A stretch of 37,255 nucleotides of DNA. Source: a virus. Lineage: Duplodnaviria; Caudoviricetes. A model generated the notes under the pieces. That model searched no databases. It saw only the letters and a program-made list of their open reading frames with translations, and had not been told where the DNA came from. Both the position numbers and the translations under genes were made by a program. This document shows, one piece after another, positions 17,584 to 26,367 of the stretch (its first letter is position 1; each line of letters begins with the position of its first letter). The DNA lies in IMG/VR virus record IMGVR_UViG_3300044982_000048, positions 1-37,255 of that record; one strand, 5' to 3'.

Positions 17584-19509
17584 ATGGCAAATGAAATGGT
17601 TACAGAACTTCCTCCAGTGGGAAGTACATTACTAACAGACATTATCTACGCAGTGCAGAATGGAATATCTGTACAAGAAACAATGCAACAAGTTGCTAAC
17701 TTGATGCTGAGCAATACCATATTGAGTTCCTCTGTAAATCCGAATGGAGCTGTTGCTGGTGTTACGTATCAACTTTGCTGGGATTATACAGATGGAGCAC
17801 TTTATATTTGTACAACTTCTGGCACTGCGACATCAGCAGTATGGATGCCAGCAGGTGGATCAATTGGTATACCCATATCAATGGCAGATGGGGGGACCGG
17901 TGCTTCTCTTTTTCCTTCTGATGGCGGGATCGTATATACCGATGCTTCAAATATGGAAATACTTGCTGGTACTTCAACAGCAAATCAAGCATTACTATCC
18001 GGTGCAAATACTGCTCCTAGCTGGTCGATAGCTACTTATCCGTCCACTGTAGCCGCTAATGAAATTCTTTTTGCATCGGCAACGAATGCGATTATCGGAT
18101 TAGCAACATTAGCAGATGCAATACTGCTCACTGATGGTTTAGGCATTCCTGCTTGGTCATTATTATCCTCATTTCCATATTTGCCCCTATCAGGTGGTAC
18201 ATTAACGGGGCCGCTCTATTTATCTGGAAGTCCTACATCTCCCACTCAAGCGGCTGATAAGGCATATGTTGATTTGATTGCTTCAGGTATTATTGTTCAA
18301 CCATCCGTTTATGCTGCAACAACTGGAAGCGATCTTGGTTATACCTATAATAATGGTTCGAGTGGAGTTGGTGCGACCTTAACTGCACCATCAGATGGTG
18401 CATTCAGTATCGATAGTGTTTCGCCGCCTCTTAATTCTAGAATTCTAGTCAAAGATGAAACCAATGCAGCTTATAACGGTATATATGATCTAACAACCGT
18501 CGGAAATGTCAGTACGGCAGCCGTTCTTACTCGTGATACTGATTATGATACGACTGCTCAGATTCAACCTGGTGATCTTGTTGCTGTTAATAATGGCAAT
18601 ATCAATGCCGGTACAGCTTGGTTGCAGACCGCAACAGTGACAACGATAGGTACAAGTCCTATCAATTTCTCACCATTCTCGATAATAACAGTAGGCACAG
18701 GTCTTACTAAAACGGGTAACCAGGTATCTTTGATTGTTCCTGTTACGGTGCCATTGGGAGGAACAGATTTAACCTCAACTACACCATATGCCATTTTATG
18801 TGGTGGAACAACATCCTCCTCCGCACTACAACAAGTCGCTAATTTGGGCACAGCGGGTCAAGTTTTAACTTCTAATGGTTCTGGTACGCTGCCAACATTT
18901 CAAGAATCAACAGCCGTATTTGAACCACCTCAAGTGACAGTATATGGGGCTGGAAGTGGCAGTTATAGTACACCAGCTGGCACACTCTATCTAAAAGTTC
19001 AAGGAGTTGCTGCGGGTGGTAGTGGTGCAGGTGCTTCATCTAATAATGGAAACGTAGGTGGAAATACAACTTTCAGTTCATTTACTGCAGATGGAGGTGC
19101 AGGAGGACTAGTAGGAACTTCTGGTACTCCTCCTCCAGCAGGTGCGTCAGGAGGATATTTAAATGTCGACGGTGGTCAAGGTTCTCAAGCTTCTTATAAT
19201 GGTGCTGGTATTGGCGGTAATGGCGGCATTAGTTTTTTTGGTGGTGGTGGCGTAAGCCAATTCGGAAATGCGGGAGGCGCTGCAGTTGGGCCAGGATGCG
19301 GTGGCGCAGGTGGTGCTGGAGATGCTAGTCATTACGGAGGAAGCGGAGGAAATGCAGGTGCTTATTTTGAAGGTATCATCACATCTCCGTCAGGTAGTTA
19401 TGCGTATAGCGTCGGATCTGGAGGGACGCCCGTCTCAGGAGGAGGAACGGGATATAGTAGTGGTTCTGGAGCTGATGGATTAATAATAGTAACTGCTTAT
19501 TTCCAATAG
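17584..19509 (+). CDS. Tail fibre 3 with glycine-rich C-terminal domain
   Basis: LPLSGGTLTGPL and QAADKAYVD shaft motifs, RILVKDE...YNGIY domain, Gly-rich end with GADGLIIV. Confidence 0.85.
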   Translation: MANEMVTELPPVGSTLLTDIIYAVQNGISVQETMQQVANLMLSNTILSSSVNPNGAVAGVTYQLCWDYTDGALYICTTSGTATSAVWMPAGGSIGIPISMADGGTGASLFPSDGGIVYTDASNMEILAGTSTANQALLSGANTAPSWSIATYPSTVAANEILFASATNAIIGLATLADAILLTDGLGIPAWSLLSSFPYLPLSGGTLTGPLYLSGSPTSPTQAADKAYVDLIASGIIVQPSVYAATTGSDLGYTYNNGSSGVGATLTAPSDGAFSIDSVSPPLNSRILVKDETNAAYNGIYDLTTVGNVSTAAVLTRDTDYDTTAQIQPGDLVAVNNGNINAGTAWLQTATVTTIGTSPINFSPFSIITVGTGLTKTGNQVSLIVPVTVPLGGTDLTSTTPYAILCGGTTSSSALQQVANLGTAGQVLTSNGSGTLPTFQESTAVFEPPQVTVYGAGSGSYSTPAGTLYLKVQGVAAGGSGAGASSNNGNVGGNTTFSSFTADGGAGGLVGTSGTPPPAGASGGYLNVDGGQGSQASYNGAGIGGNGGISFFGGGGVSQFGNAGGAAVGPGCGGAGGAGDASHYGGSGGNAGAYFEGIITSPSGSYAYSVGSGGTPVSGGGTGYSSGSGADGLIIVTAYFQ

Positions 19510-19511
19510 AA

Positions 19512-19580
19512 ATACCGGCAATAAGAATGAAGGAAGAGCTTTCATGTATCTTTCAGTGATTTAGAACTTATTACCGGCAT
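19512..19580. terminator. Long hairpin at the convergence of late and leftward transcription
   Basis: On the minus strand ATGCCGGTAATAAG pairs with CTTATTGCCGGTAT (14 bp, 2 G-U), with a large loop. Confidence 0.5.
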
Positions 19581-19591
19581 TAGCATTTTAC

Positions 19592-19834
19592 CTATTGTGG
19601 CAAGAAATGCAATATCGTTTGGATAGTTCCAAGTACAGATATAATGAGTGCCTTAGCCTTAAATATAAAACCGTAAATCTTTAACTCAAGCTCCTTAATG
19701 TCTGCCTTCGTACAAAGATCACTGTTTAATATATTGCATAACTCTTCTGCATGAAGATCAGCAATGTTTTTACTTAAACCCGCTTCATTGAGTTTTTGTG
19801 AGAATGTGATAGGATTATATCGAATAGCAACCAT
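19592..19834 (-). CDS. DUF1640/CCDC90-like coiled-coil protein with C-terminal TM
   Basis: FSQKLNEAGLS...LCTKADIKELELK, then a hydrophobic helix. GGAG RBS. Confidence 0.75.
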   Translation of the reverse strand: MVAIRYNPITFSQKLNEAGLSKNIADLHAEELCNILNSDLCTKADIKELELKIYGFIFKAKALIISVLGTIQTILHFLPQ

Positions 19835-19849
19835 GCTTTTAACTCCATA

Positions 19850-19951
19850 TTAATCTAGTGACAAATGCGATAATAAAAAAATAACCATAAAAATACCTAA
19901 TAATATCAATCCGTATCCATATATTAAACTAAGTATATTTAAAATAATCAT
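19850..19951 (-). CDS. 33-aa hydrophobic membrane peptide, not in the ORF track
   Basis: GAGGA RBS. MIILNILSLIYGYGLILLGIFMVIFLLSHLSLD. Confidence 0.55.
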   Translation of the reverse strand: MIILNILSLIYGYGLILLGIFMVIFLLSHLSLD

Positions 19952-20028
19952 AATGAGTCCTCGTTTTTTAAAGTATATAACAAAAAAGACAATAAGCTAT
20001 GTATATATAAATAAGTGTGAATATCATG

Positions 20029-20334
20029 TTATGACCTCTTTTTATGTTTTTTATCTAATCGTTTTAAGTTTTCGTGTTCTTCTTTTTCATGATATGCGAT
20101 CTCATCACGATATCTTTTAAATTTACTTTCAACTTCTACTTTTCCTGATCGCTTATTCTTGCCCATGAGTTCATGTTTGTCTAGTGATGATTCTTTATGT
20201 TTAAGACGCTCATATCCTTTTGGATAACGCTTTTTCTCTTTTTTATCAGCTTCAGTATGTGCAGTTCGATAGTTACGATCATGTGTTGGATATCCATGAT
20301 CGCTCAATTTATTTACAATTACTGATTTTGTCAT
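20029..20334 (-). CDS. Basic Lys/His-rich hypothetical protein
   Basis: ATGA overlap with the SSAP gene. Confidence 0.7.
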   Translation of the reverse strand: MTKSVIVNKLSDHGYPTHDRNYRTAHTEADKKEKKRYPKGYERLKHKESSLDKHELMGKNKRSGKVEVESKFKRYRDEIAYHEKEEHENLKRLDKKHKKRS

Positions 20335-21098
20335 TTCAGTTCCTCTGCTTCATCGATTTCCCTATTAAATTCTTTTATTGATAATACTGATTTGCGATTG
20401 TCTTTGGCTAAAATTAATCGTTTATATAAATCAGGTTTACGCTTAAAATCATATTTTTTTACTGAATCATATATAGACTTTAATTCTTCAAGACTTTGAG
20501 CATTATCAATGTCATATAAAAATGCAGAAAAATCAATTTCTATATCATCTGAAAGCAAAGGGACTTCTGTTTTTTTTTCTTCATCCATTACTTTAACTTT
20601 AACGGCTCCTGGTAAAGATTCTGCTTCACTTTCATCTATAAATCCAAGACCACATATTGATAATGTTACTCGTCTCTTAGCTTTAGTTTCTGCTTTCATC
20701 ATGGCATTAGCTAATGCATCGCCTTTTAATCCAGAAATGCTTATGACACCAGTCGATGAATCCTGTCTCCCATCATAAGATGTCGCATATACTGTGACGA
20801 CATAAATTGAACCATCTAAAATTTTTGTATCAACTTTGTGTATTGATACTTTGTTTATTTTTCTAAGTTGTTCGGAAGCATCTTTTGTAAAGTAAGGAAT
20901 TTCTTTTCCCTGAAATTTTATCAATTGGATAGGTCTTGTCACTGGATTTAAACCAATTGTTTTACATACACTATTTACATATTGAACTTTCTCGATCGGA
21001 GAAAGTCCACCAATATCATTTCCCAATATGATCTTTTCCATTAGTTCGCCATTTATTTGGCTTGTCATTGGATTTCTAACTTGATGTGATAAAGACAT
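20331..21098 (-). CDS. Single-strand annealing recombinase (Rad52/Redbeta-like superfamily)
   Basis: GLNP..RPI and ANAMMKAETKAKRRVTLSICGLGFIDESE motifs; adjacent to Gp157. Confidence 0.7.
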   Translation of the reverse strand: MSLSHQVRNPMTSQINGELMEKIILGNDIGGLSPIEKVQYVNSVCKTIGLNPVTRPIQLIKFQGKEIPYFTKDASEQLRKINKVSIHKVDTKILDGSIYVVTVYATSYDGRQDSSTGVISISGLKGDALANAMMKAETKAKRRVTLSICGLGFIDESEAESLPGAVKVKVMDEEKKTEVPLLSDDIEIDFSAFLYDIDNAQSLEELKSIYDSVKKYDFKRKPDLYKRLILAKDNRKSVLSIKEFNREIDEAEELK

Positions 21099-21110
21099 AA
21101 TTATTCTCCA

Positions 21111-21605
21111 CTATTTGATTTCTAAACGATTATTTTGTCTGATTGTTGCGCCAGGAATTGAAATTCCTTGCAATATTTTGTCTCTAATTTTTATCTTATC
21201 AATTGATGTTACTTCCTTTTTACGTTTACAATCATCCGGAATTAACTCTTCGTTACTAACATCCACAGATAATGGACACTTCTTTAATCTAACTGAAAAA
21301 TAGGGACAAGAAATTTCATTTAATCCGCATCGTTCCATATTTTGTTGTAAATAAGATGTCAAATAATTAACTCTATTATTTAATTTAGCTTCACGTTCAG
21401 CCATGCATTTCTTTGCTTCCTCAATTGCTTTCCTTTCTGCATCTATATTCTTTATATAGGAAGCAACCGCTATTCCTTTATTTTTAATGTCTCCAACAAT
21501 CTGATCTAATTTTATTAATGCTTGTTCATTTAATTCACCTGTTTCTACATCAAATGTTTGGTTAAGTAAAAATTCATACTCATTTGCAATTTCATATAGT
21601 TTCAT
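21111..21605 (-). CDS. Siphovirus Gp157-family protein
   Basis: MKLYEI start, coiled coil, IDKIKI...G..IPGA.I...RLEIK end. Confidence 0.85.
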   Translation of the reverse strand: MKLYEIANEYEFLLNQTFDVETGELNEQALIKLDQIVGDIKNKGIAVASYIKNIDAERKAIEEAKKCMAEREAKLNNRVNYLTSYLQQNMERCGLNEISCPYFSVRLKKCPLSVDVSNEELIPDDCKRKKEVTSIDKIKIRDKILQGISIPGATIRQNNRLEIK

Positions 21606-21607
21606 GA

Positions 21608-21916
21608 TTAATACCCACTATAGTTGTTATTAGTATATTTTAATTGTGAATCGCCATCGTTCGTGTATGTCATTCTAATTCCACTTTCATAACGACAATC
21701 GACTTCAATGTCTCTCATTCGATCATCTATGATTGATTGCATGTAATCCAATGTATCTCGCCTGAACATTGGATCATTTTCCATGAGCATATCTAAAAAG
21801 TTATGGATTTCTTGTTTAGGAATTGAATTGATATCTAACGACCAGCCATCTTCAAAGTTTTTATCAGCATGTTCGCTAATTAAGCAATTTTTAATGTAAG
21901 ATTCAAAGTTGTTCAT
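21608..21916 (-). CDS. Hypothetical protein
   Basis: ORF coupled within the leftward operon; GGAG RBS. Confidence 0.7.
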   Translation of the reverse strand: MNNFESYIKNCLISEHADKNFEDGWSLDINSIPKQEIHNFLDMLMENDPMFRRDTLDYMQSIIDDRMRDIEVDCRYESGIRMTYTNDGDSQLKYTNNNYSGY

Positions 21917-22143
21917 ACCAGCTCTCCTTTGCTTAGTAATCCCCTCTGCGCGAGTCTATTGATGACATCAATGTCGTTAATACGTTTCGCTTGAGTTTTA
22001 ATTATAGACAAATAATGATCAAAAATCATTGGATTTGCTGTCGATTTCATCATTTTGTTAGCAATGTTTGGCAATCCAACATCTCTTAGACAATCTGCTA
22101 TTACCGACTGCTCACACCAGTGTTCAAAATCTAAACTATACAT
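21913..22143 (-). CDS. Hypothetical protein, first gene of the leftward operon
   Basis: AGGA RBS; coupled to the next gene. Confidence 0.7.
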   Translation of the reverse strand: MYSLDFEHWCEQSVIADCLRDVGLPNIANKMMKSTANPMIFDHYLSIIKTQAKRINDIDVINRLAQRGLLSKGELV

Positions 22144-22306
22144 TTGTGTATTTCCTATAATATTTTTTATTAGAATGCGATAATATTATATAAAATTAAT
22201 AAATGCAATACTATTTACTAAAATAAATATTTAACTATAATCAGTTTAATTGCTTTAAAATTGTATAAAGTTTCATTAATATCAAGTCAGTCGAGAGGAG
22301 AAAGCT
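22144..22306. promoter_or_regulatory. Divergent early promoter region
   Basis: Very AT-rich intergenic DNA between oppositely oriented operons. Confidence 0.6.
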
Positions 22307-22528
22307 ATGGAGACACACATGTTATTCAAAGATTTAATAAAACAAATAAGGATGAAATGCCTGATTACTCAGCAAGAATTATCAACTTGGTCTGGAATTG
22401 ATCAATCTAGCATATCTAGTTATGAGAAAGGCGTTAGAAAACCAGGTTTGCTCGCTATAAAGAAGATTGTTGACGTTGCTAATTCAAAGGCAAAAATGGA
22501 TATAAAATACACAGATATTGAGGTTTGA
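22307..22528 (+). CDS. XRE-family HTH regulator (Cro-like)
   Basis: ITQQELS...GIDQSSISSYEKGVRKP; GAGGAG RBS. Confidence 0.88.
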   Translation: METHMLFKDLIKQIRMKCLITQQELSTWSGIDQSSISSYEKGVRKPGLLAIKKIVDVANSKAKMDIKYTDIEV

Positions 22529-22529
22529 A

Positions 22530-22757
22530 ATGAAAGCACATAACGAAGAGGTCATTATGAAAAACGATCATGAATCAAGAATAACAAGATTAGAAGTGAC
22601 CATAGAGAATATAAATTGCACTTTGAGTAGGATAGAAAACAGATTAGACAGAATGGACACCAAGATAGATTCAAACTTCAAATGGGTAATAGGACTATAC
22701 ATAAGCGGTTTTGCTGGTTTGCTAACAGCAATGTCACACGGATTTCATTGGTTATGA
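22530..22757 (+). CDS. Coiled-coil plus C-terminal TM protein, paralogue of 5510-5731
   Basis: RITRLE...FKWVIG...AMSHGFHWL. The start may be 22557. Confidence 0.78.
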   Translation: MKAHNEEVIMKNDHESRITRLEVTIENINCTLSRIENRLDRMDTKIDSNFKWVIGLYISGFAGLLTAMSHGFHWL

Positions 22758-23044
22758 TAGTAAAAGATCAAGAAAAAACATTAGATCATGCTGATGAGTT
22801 ATCTAATCAGATTCTCATATTCATTAATAATGACATGAAAAAGTTTATCGAGGATTCTGACCCAGTTGAACAGATTTACCTTGTTACACACATCATTGGA
22901 TTTTTATTTGCAAAAACTTGCGTGGCGCTCCAAGGATTTGCTGGCATTTATGATATAGATTTAATTACCATTGATAAAATTAAAGAAATTATAATTTCTA
23001 TAACAGATGAAAATATAAAGTTAAATAAGGATTATTGTGTTTAA
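22754..23044 (+). CDS. Hypothetical protein
   Basis: ATGA-coupled start at 22754. Confidence 0.6.
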   Translation: MIVKDQEKTLDHADELSNQILIFINNDMKKFIEDSDPVEQIYLVTHIIGFLFAKTCVALQGFAGIYDIDLITIDKIKEIIISITDENIKLNKDYCV

Positions 23045-23246
23045 TCCTATCAATATTAAGTTATTTGTACGTCGTTTTAAGAGATGCTGCTGGATTTCTT
23101 TATTATCTTCTACTTTATGTTTTTTATTATTTATATTTGGATATACGAAAATTGAAAGTTGTATAATAGCCTTATTTGTTCCACATACCATTTTAATATT
23201 AGGTTATATGTTTTGCTTAATATTCATTAATATCGTAAAACTTTAA
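23037..23246 (+). CDS. Small two-TM membrane protein
   Basis: Two hydrophobic segments; AAGGA RBS. Confidence 0.55.
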   Translation: MFNPINIKLFVRRFKRCCWISLLSSTLCFLLFIFGYTKIESCIIALFVPHTILILGYMFCLIFINIVKL

Positions 23247-23256
23247 GGATGATAAA

Positions 23257-23433
23257 ATGATCAAAGATTTAGAAATGCGAAAAAGAATGGCGATCATAAT
23301 TGATAATTTAAATGCACTTAGGATATTAATGCCTGAATCAGATAAATTACAACATGAACTATCTCTAATATATTATCAGATCGGTGAATTCTGTGTTCGT
23401 ATGTCAGATTATCACAAAGAAAAAATTATTTAA
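23257..23433 (+). CDS. Hypothetical 58-aa protein, not in the ORF track
   Basis: AAGGA RBS; open frame to TAA 23431-23433. Confidence 0.55.
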   Translation: MIKDLEMRKRMAIIIDNLNALRILMPESDKLQHELSLIYYQIGEFCVRMSDYHKEKII

Positions 23434-23449
23434 CCATTGGAGACAAAAA

Positions 23450-23929
23450 ATGAAACCTAAGCCCGCAATCTTGACTATATTATTTATTGTGTATCTTGGT
23501 ATTGCTTCCTTAGCGGCAGCAGATGAAATTTATAAAGTACACTGGCCTATTATTAAGCATGAGTTTATTGAAAAGAAAACTCATCAAGATATTGTTGTAT
23601 TAGCTAATTGTGATAATGTCAAAATGGACAAGGGAAAAAACGTTCAATTCTTCTTATCAAATGCTGAATTAAATATATACAATATGAATAGCGATTACAT
23701 GGTATTCGATTATACTGCAGAACTTTGTAATGTTGATACAAATGTATGCGGTGATTCGCATTGGCAGCGAGTTACTGTTGCGCCTTTTGACCATATCAAA
23801 ACTTCGTATATATTAAAGATGCCAGTCAAGGTCAATCACAAAGGTGATTTTCACTTTAGGATCACAGTTGATACAGATGGTGCGTTTAAGCAGCATTCGG
23901 AGAAGACATGCGGTGTTCATGTTAGTTAA
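23450..23929 (+). CDS. Exported protein with signal peptide
   Basis: MKPKP, hydrophobic core, LAAA-DE. Beta-rich mature part with 4 Cys. GGAG RBS. Confidence 0.7.
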   Translation: MKPKPAILTILFIVYLGIASLAAADEIYKVHWPIIKHEFIEKKTHQDIVVLANCDNVKMDKGKNVQFFLSNAELNIYNMNSDYMVFDYTAELCNVDTNVCGDSHWQRVTVAPFDHIKTSYILKMPVKVNHKGDFHFRITVDTDGAFKQHSEKTCGVHVS

Positions 23930-23945
23930 ATTTTAGGGATCAATC

Positions 23946-24236
23946 ATGAAAGATGATGTAAAAGATTTATGCAGTAAATTATCAATAAGACTTATAAATG
24001 CTACAGACTTGTTTATTATTGAATGTATACCAGATAAAGAAAAAAGTATAAATCTATTTGATATAGTATTTAATACTTATCTTCAAACAAGTAAACATAT
24101 TTTATTAGACATTGCTGGCGAGAATAAGGATGGAATTGCCACAGTAAATAATATATTTAATGTTATTAATGAAAGTCTAATGAAAAATAAATTATTTAAA
24201 TATGGAAATATTGATACTAATGAAGAAAAAAATTAG
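23946..24236 (+). CDS. Hypothetical protein
   Basis: ORF with RBS. Confidence 0.6.
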   Translation: MKDDVKDLCSKLSIRLINATDLFIIECIPDKEKSINLFDIVFNTYLQTSKHILLDIAGENKDGIATVNNIFNVINESLMKNKLFKYGNIDTNEEKN

Positions 24237-24245
24237 GCAGTGATA

Positions 24246-24398
24246 ATGAAGTTACTCTATTCATTAATATTAATGTGTGGATGCATATTAACACTTTTAA
24301 GTTTATTCACTCATGATCTAGATGCTATTAAATATGCAGTACTTGGCACAACATTTATTACCATAGCGATTTACTTTAAGAGTAATTATGAGAACTAA
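24246..24398 (+). CDS. 50-aa two-TM membrane protein, not in the ORF track
   Basis: MKLLYSLILMCGCILTLLSLF...; fills the gap. Confidence 0.5.
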   Translation: MKLLYSLILMCGCILTLLSLFTHDLDAIKYAVLGTTFITIAIYFKSNYEN

Positions 24399-24400
24399 AT

Positions 24401-24787
24401 ATGTATGAAGCTTATGTAAAAGTAAAATGTGACGATTGCGAAGAATATCTAGATATAGATTCTTTCGAATTAAATACTATGTGTAATGATTGTATAAGAC
24501 ACAGAGAAGATGAATCTTATAAAAATATTTTAATAGAATTATTTGACGATGTATCTATTTTAGATGGATCTAATCTTGTCGGTTATAATTCTGAGCGTGA
24601 AAAAGAAATGTTTTTGCTTGGTGCGAGATATGGATATTCCCAAGCAGCATGGATGTTTTCTGAATACACCAATCAGACAGATTTATGGGAAGATTGGCAT
24701 GAAAAGTTTTGTAAATTAAAAATAAATATTTCATACGATACTGAACGAGAAAAGAAACATAGAGAGGAATGTAATAATGACAGATAA
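24401..24787 (+). CDS. Hypothetical Zn-ribbon protein
   Basis: CDDC...CNDC. Confidence 0.65.
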   Translation: MYEAYVKVKCDDCEEYLDIDSFELNTMCNDCIRHREDESYKNILIELFDDVSILDGSNLVGYNSEREKEMFLLGARYGYSQAAWMFSEYTNQTDLWEDWHEKFCKLKINISYDTEREKKHREECNNDR

Positions 24788-25085
24788 AGTCCATATTAAT
24801 TTAAGTGAATCAGAAGCATATATTATTGCTGATATTAATAAATATATTATTACCTATATAACAAAAAAAATTGATAAATTAGAAAATCATGAAAAACAAT
24901 TTACTATATTCACATTAGCAATGGTTGCTACTTTATCTAATATGTTGAATAATTTTGGTCTGCATGATGGAGAAGTATTTGAAGAATATCTTGAAGACTT
25001 TTCATGTTTGGTTAGATCAGTTCATAAATTTGTTATAGATAATGCTTCATACATGGAAATATATGAAAAGGAAGATTCTTTATGA
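24777..25085 (+). CDS. Hypothetical protein
   Basis: GAGG RBS; coupled. Confidence 0.6.
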   Translation: MTDKVHINLSESEAYIIADINKYIITYITKKIDKLENHEKQFTIFTLAMVATLSNMLNNFGLHDGEVFEEYLEDFSCLVRSVHKFVIDNASYMEIYEKEDSL

Positions 25086-25279
25086 GTGAATGGATTAGTG
25101 TTAAAGATGAGCTTCCTGAAATTGGTAAACAAGTTTTAGGTTATGGGGAAGAAACCAGCAATATTCATGATGAAGGACTTCCCTATAAAACAGCGATTTA
25201 TAATGGAAAAAATTGGACATCAGATCATTTTTGCGAATCTAGTTATGTTGAAGTAACACATTGGACGCCGCTTCCGTAG
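25082..25279 (+). CDS. DUF551-family protein
   Basis: MSEWISVKDELPE...VTHWTPLP signature. Confidence 0.88.
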   Translation: MSEWISVKDELPEIGKQVLGYGEETSNIHDEGLPYKTAIYNGKNWTSDHFCESSYVEVTHWTPLP

Positions 25280-25406
25280 CCTCAAAAATGAACGAAGAAT
25301 TAACACAAAATAAATATTACGAAATCACAAATAGCACGAATAATAGTTACTTGTGATAACTGATTATTATGGAGAAGTGGAGTCGTCAGCATATTAAGGA
25401 AAAATT

Positions 25407-25892
25407 ATGAGTTGCATTACAAAGATACTTGAAAAAAAAGATGACATGAAAATTATTGTCAGTGGAGAAATTGCTATCGAAGGAGGTGGAACTTATCAAG
25501 GATATGAATATTTAATTACATTCACTGCACATGGTCATCGTTGTGGTTATGTTGCCATACCTGAAAATCATAAATTACATAGCTATCATAATGAAGATTA
25601 TAATTATCATGATCTTGAAGTTCATGGTGGTGTTACCTTCTTTGGTGCGCCACGCTTTGCAGAGCACTTAAGCGGTCAAAAATGTACTGACAAGTGGATT
25701 GGGTTTGATGCTGCACATTGTTACGATCATGAAGACATAGAAACAGTCGAAAAATATTTTGGTGAAACAAAATGGGTTAAATATCGAAAAGAAAATCCCA
25801 TGATTAAATTTGATGGATATTCAGAACATCGCACCTATTCTTACATGGAATCTCAATGTAAGCGTTTAATCAATCAATTAATTGATAAATAA
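25407..25892 (+). CDS. Conserved phage protein of unknown function
   Basis: GHRCGYV...VHGGVTF...WIGFDAAH motif set. Confidence 0.78.
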   Translation: MSCITKILEKKDDMKIIVSGEIAIEGGGTYQGYEYLITFTAHGHRCGYVAIPENHKLHSYHNEDYNYHDLEVHGGVTFFGAPRFAEHLSGQKCTDKWIGFDAAHCYDHEDIETVEKYFGETKWVKYRKENPMIKFDGYSEHRTYSYMESQCKRLINQLIDK

Positions 25893-26245
25893 TGAAGAAA
25901 ATGAGTAATAAACAAAGAGTTCCATGTAAAAACAAATATTTTGTTAAGAGAAATATTTGTCCTTACTGCACATATCCATGTGACTCAGCAGCTATGATCG
26001 ACATCGATGGTGATGATAAACCTGAACCAGGATCTATTAACTTTTGTTTAATGTGCTGCGAACCTAGCACGTGGGATGAGAATATGAAACTCGTTAAATT
26101 CGATCTTAATTATATCGAAGATATTATTGAAAGAAATCGTATAAAATTATTGGGTATAAGGATTAATGAATTTTGGGAAACTAATCCGGATAAGAGTGGT
26201 CGCCGCGCTATGTATTTAAAACGTATGGATCAGAGATGCCGATGA
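25892..26245 (+). CDS. Cys-rich hypothetical protein
   Basis: CPYC...CLMC. Confidence 0.65.
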   Translation: MKKMSNKQRVPCKNKYFVKRNICPYCTYPCDSAAMIDIDGDDKPEPGSINFCLMCCEPSTWDENMKLVKFDLNYIEDIIERNRIKLLGIRINEFWETNPDKSGRRAMYLKRMDQRCR

Positions 26246-26367
26246 ACAATGACTTTTTTAAAGAAGAAAAAACTTTGCCATTAGTTATAATAATAGCAGA
26301 AATACTTTGGTTAGTTACAGTAATAGCAAAAATACTTTGGATGGGAGTAATAAATGGAAACTGGTAA
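26236..26367 (+). CDS. 43-aa TM peptide built from a 30-bp tandem duplication
   Basis: 26281-26310 and 26311-26340 match at 27/30. Confidence 0.45.
   Translation: MPMNNDFFKEEKTLPLVIIIAEILWLVTVIAKILWMGVINGNW

Noticed and set aside
14047-19483. Antisense and alternate-frame ORFs within the fibre genes
   Set aside because: They are shadows of Thr/Ser/Gly/Ala-biased codons, with no convincing RBS.
13913-19509. Diversity-generating retroelement or invertible fibre cassette
   Set aside because: No reverse transcriptase or invertase is present, and repeat differences are synonymous rather than adenine-specific.
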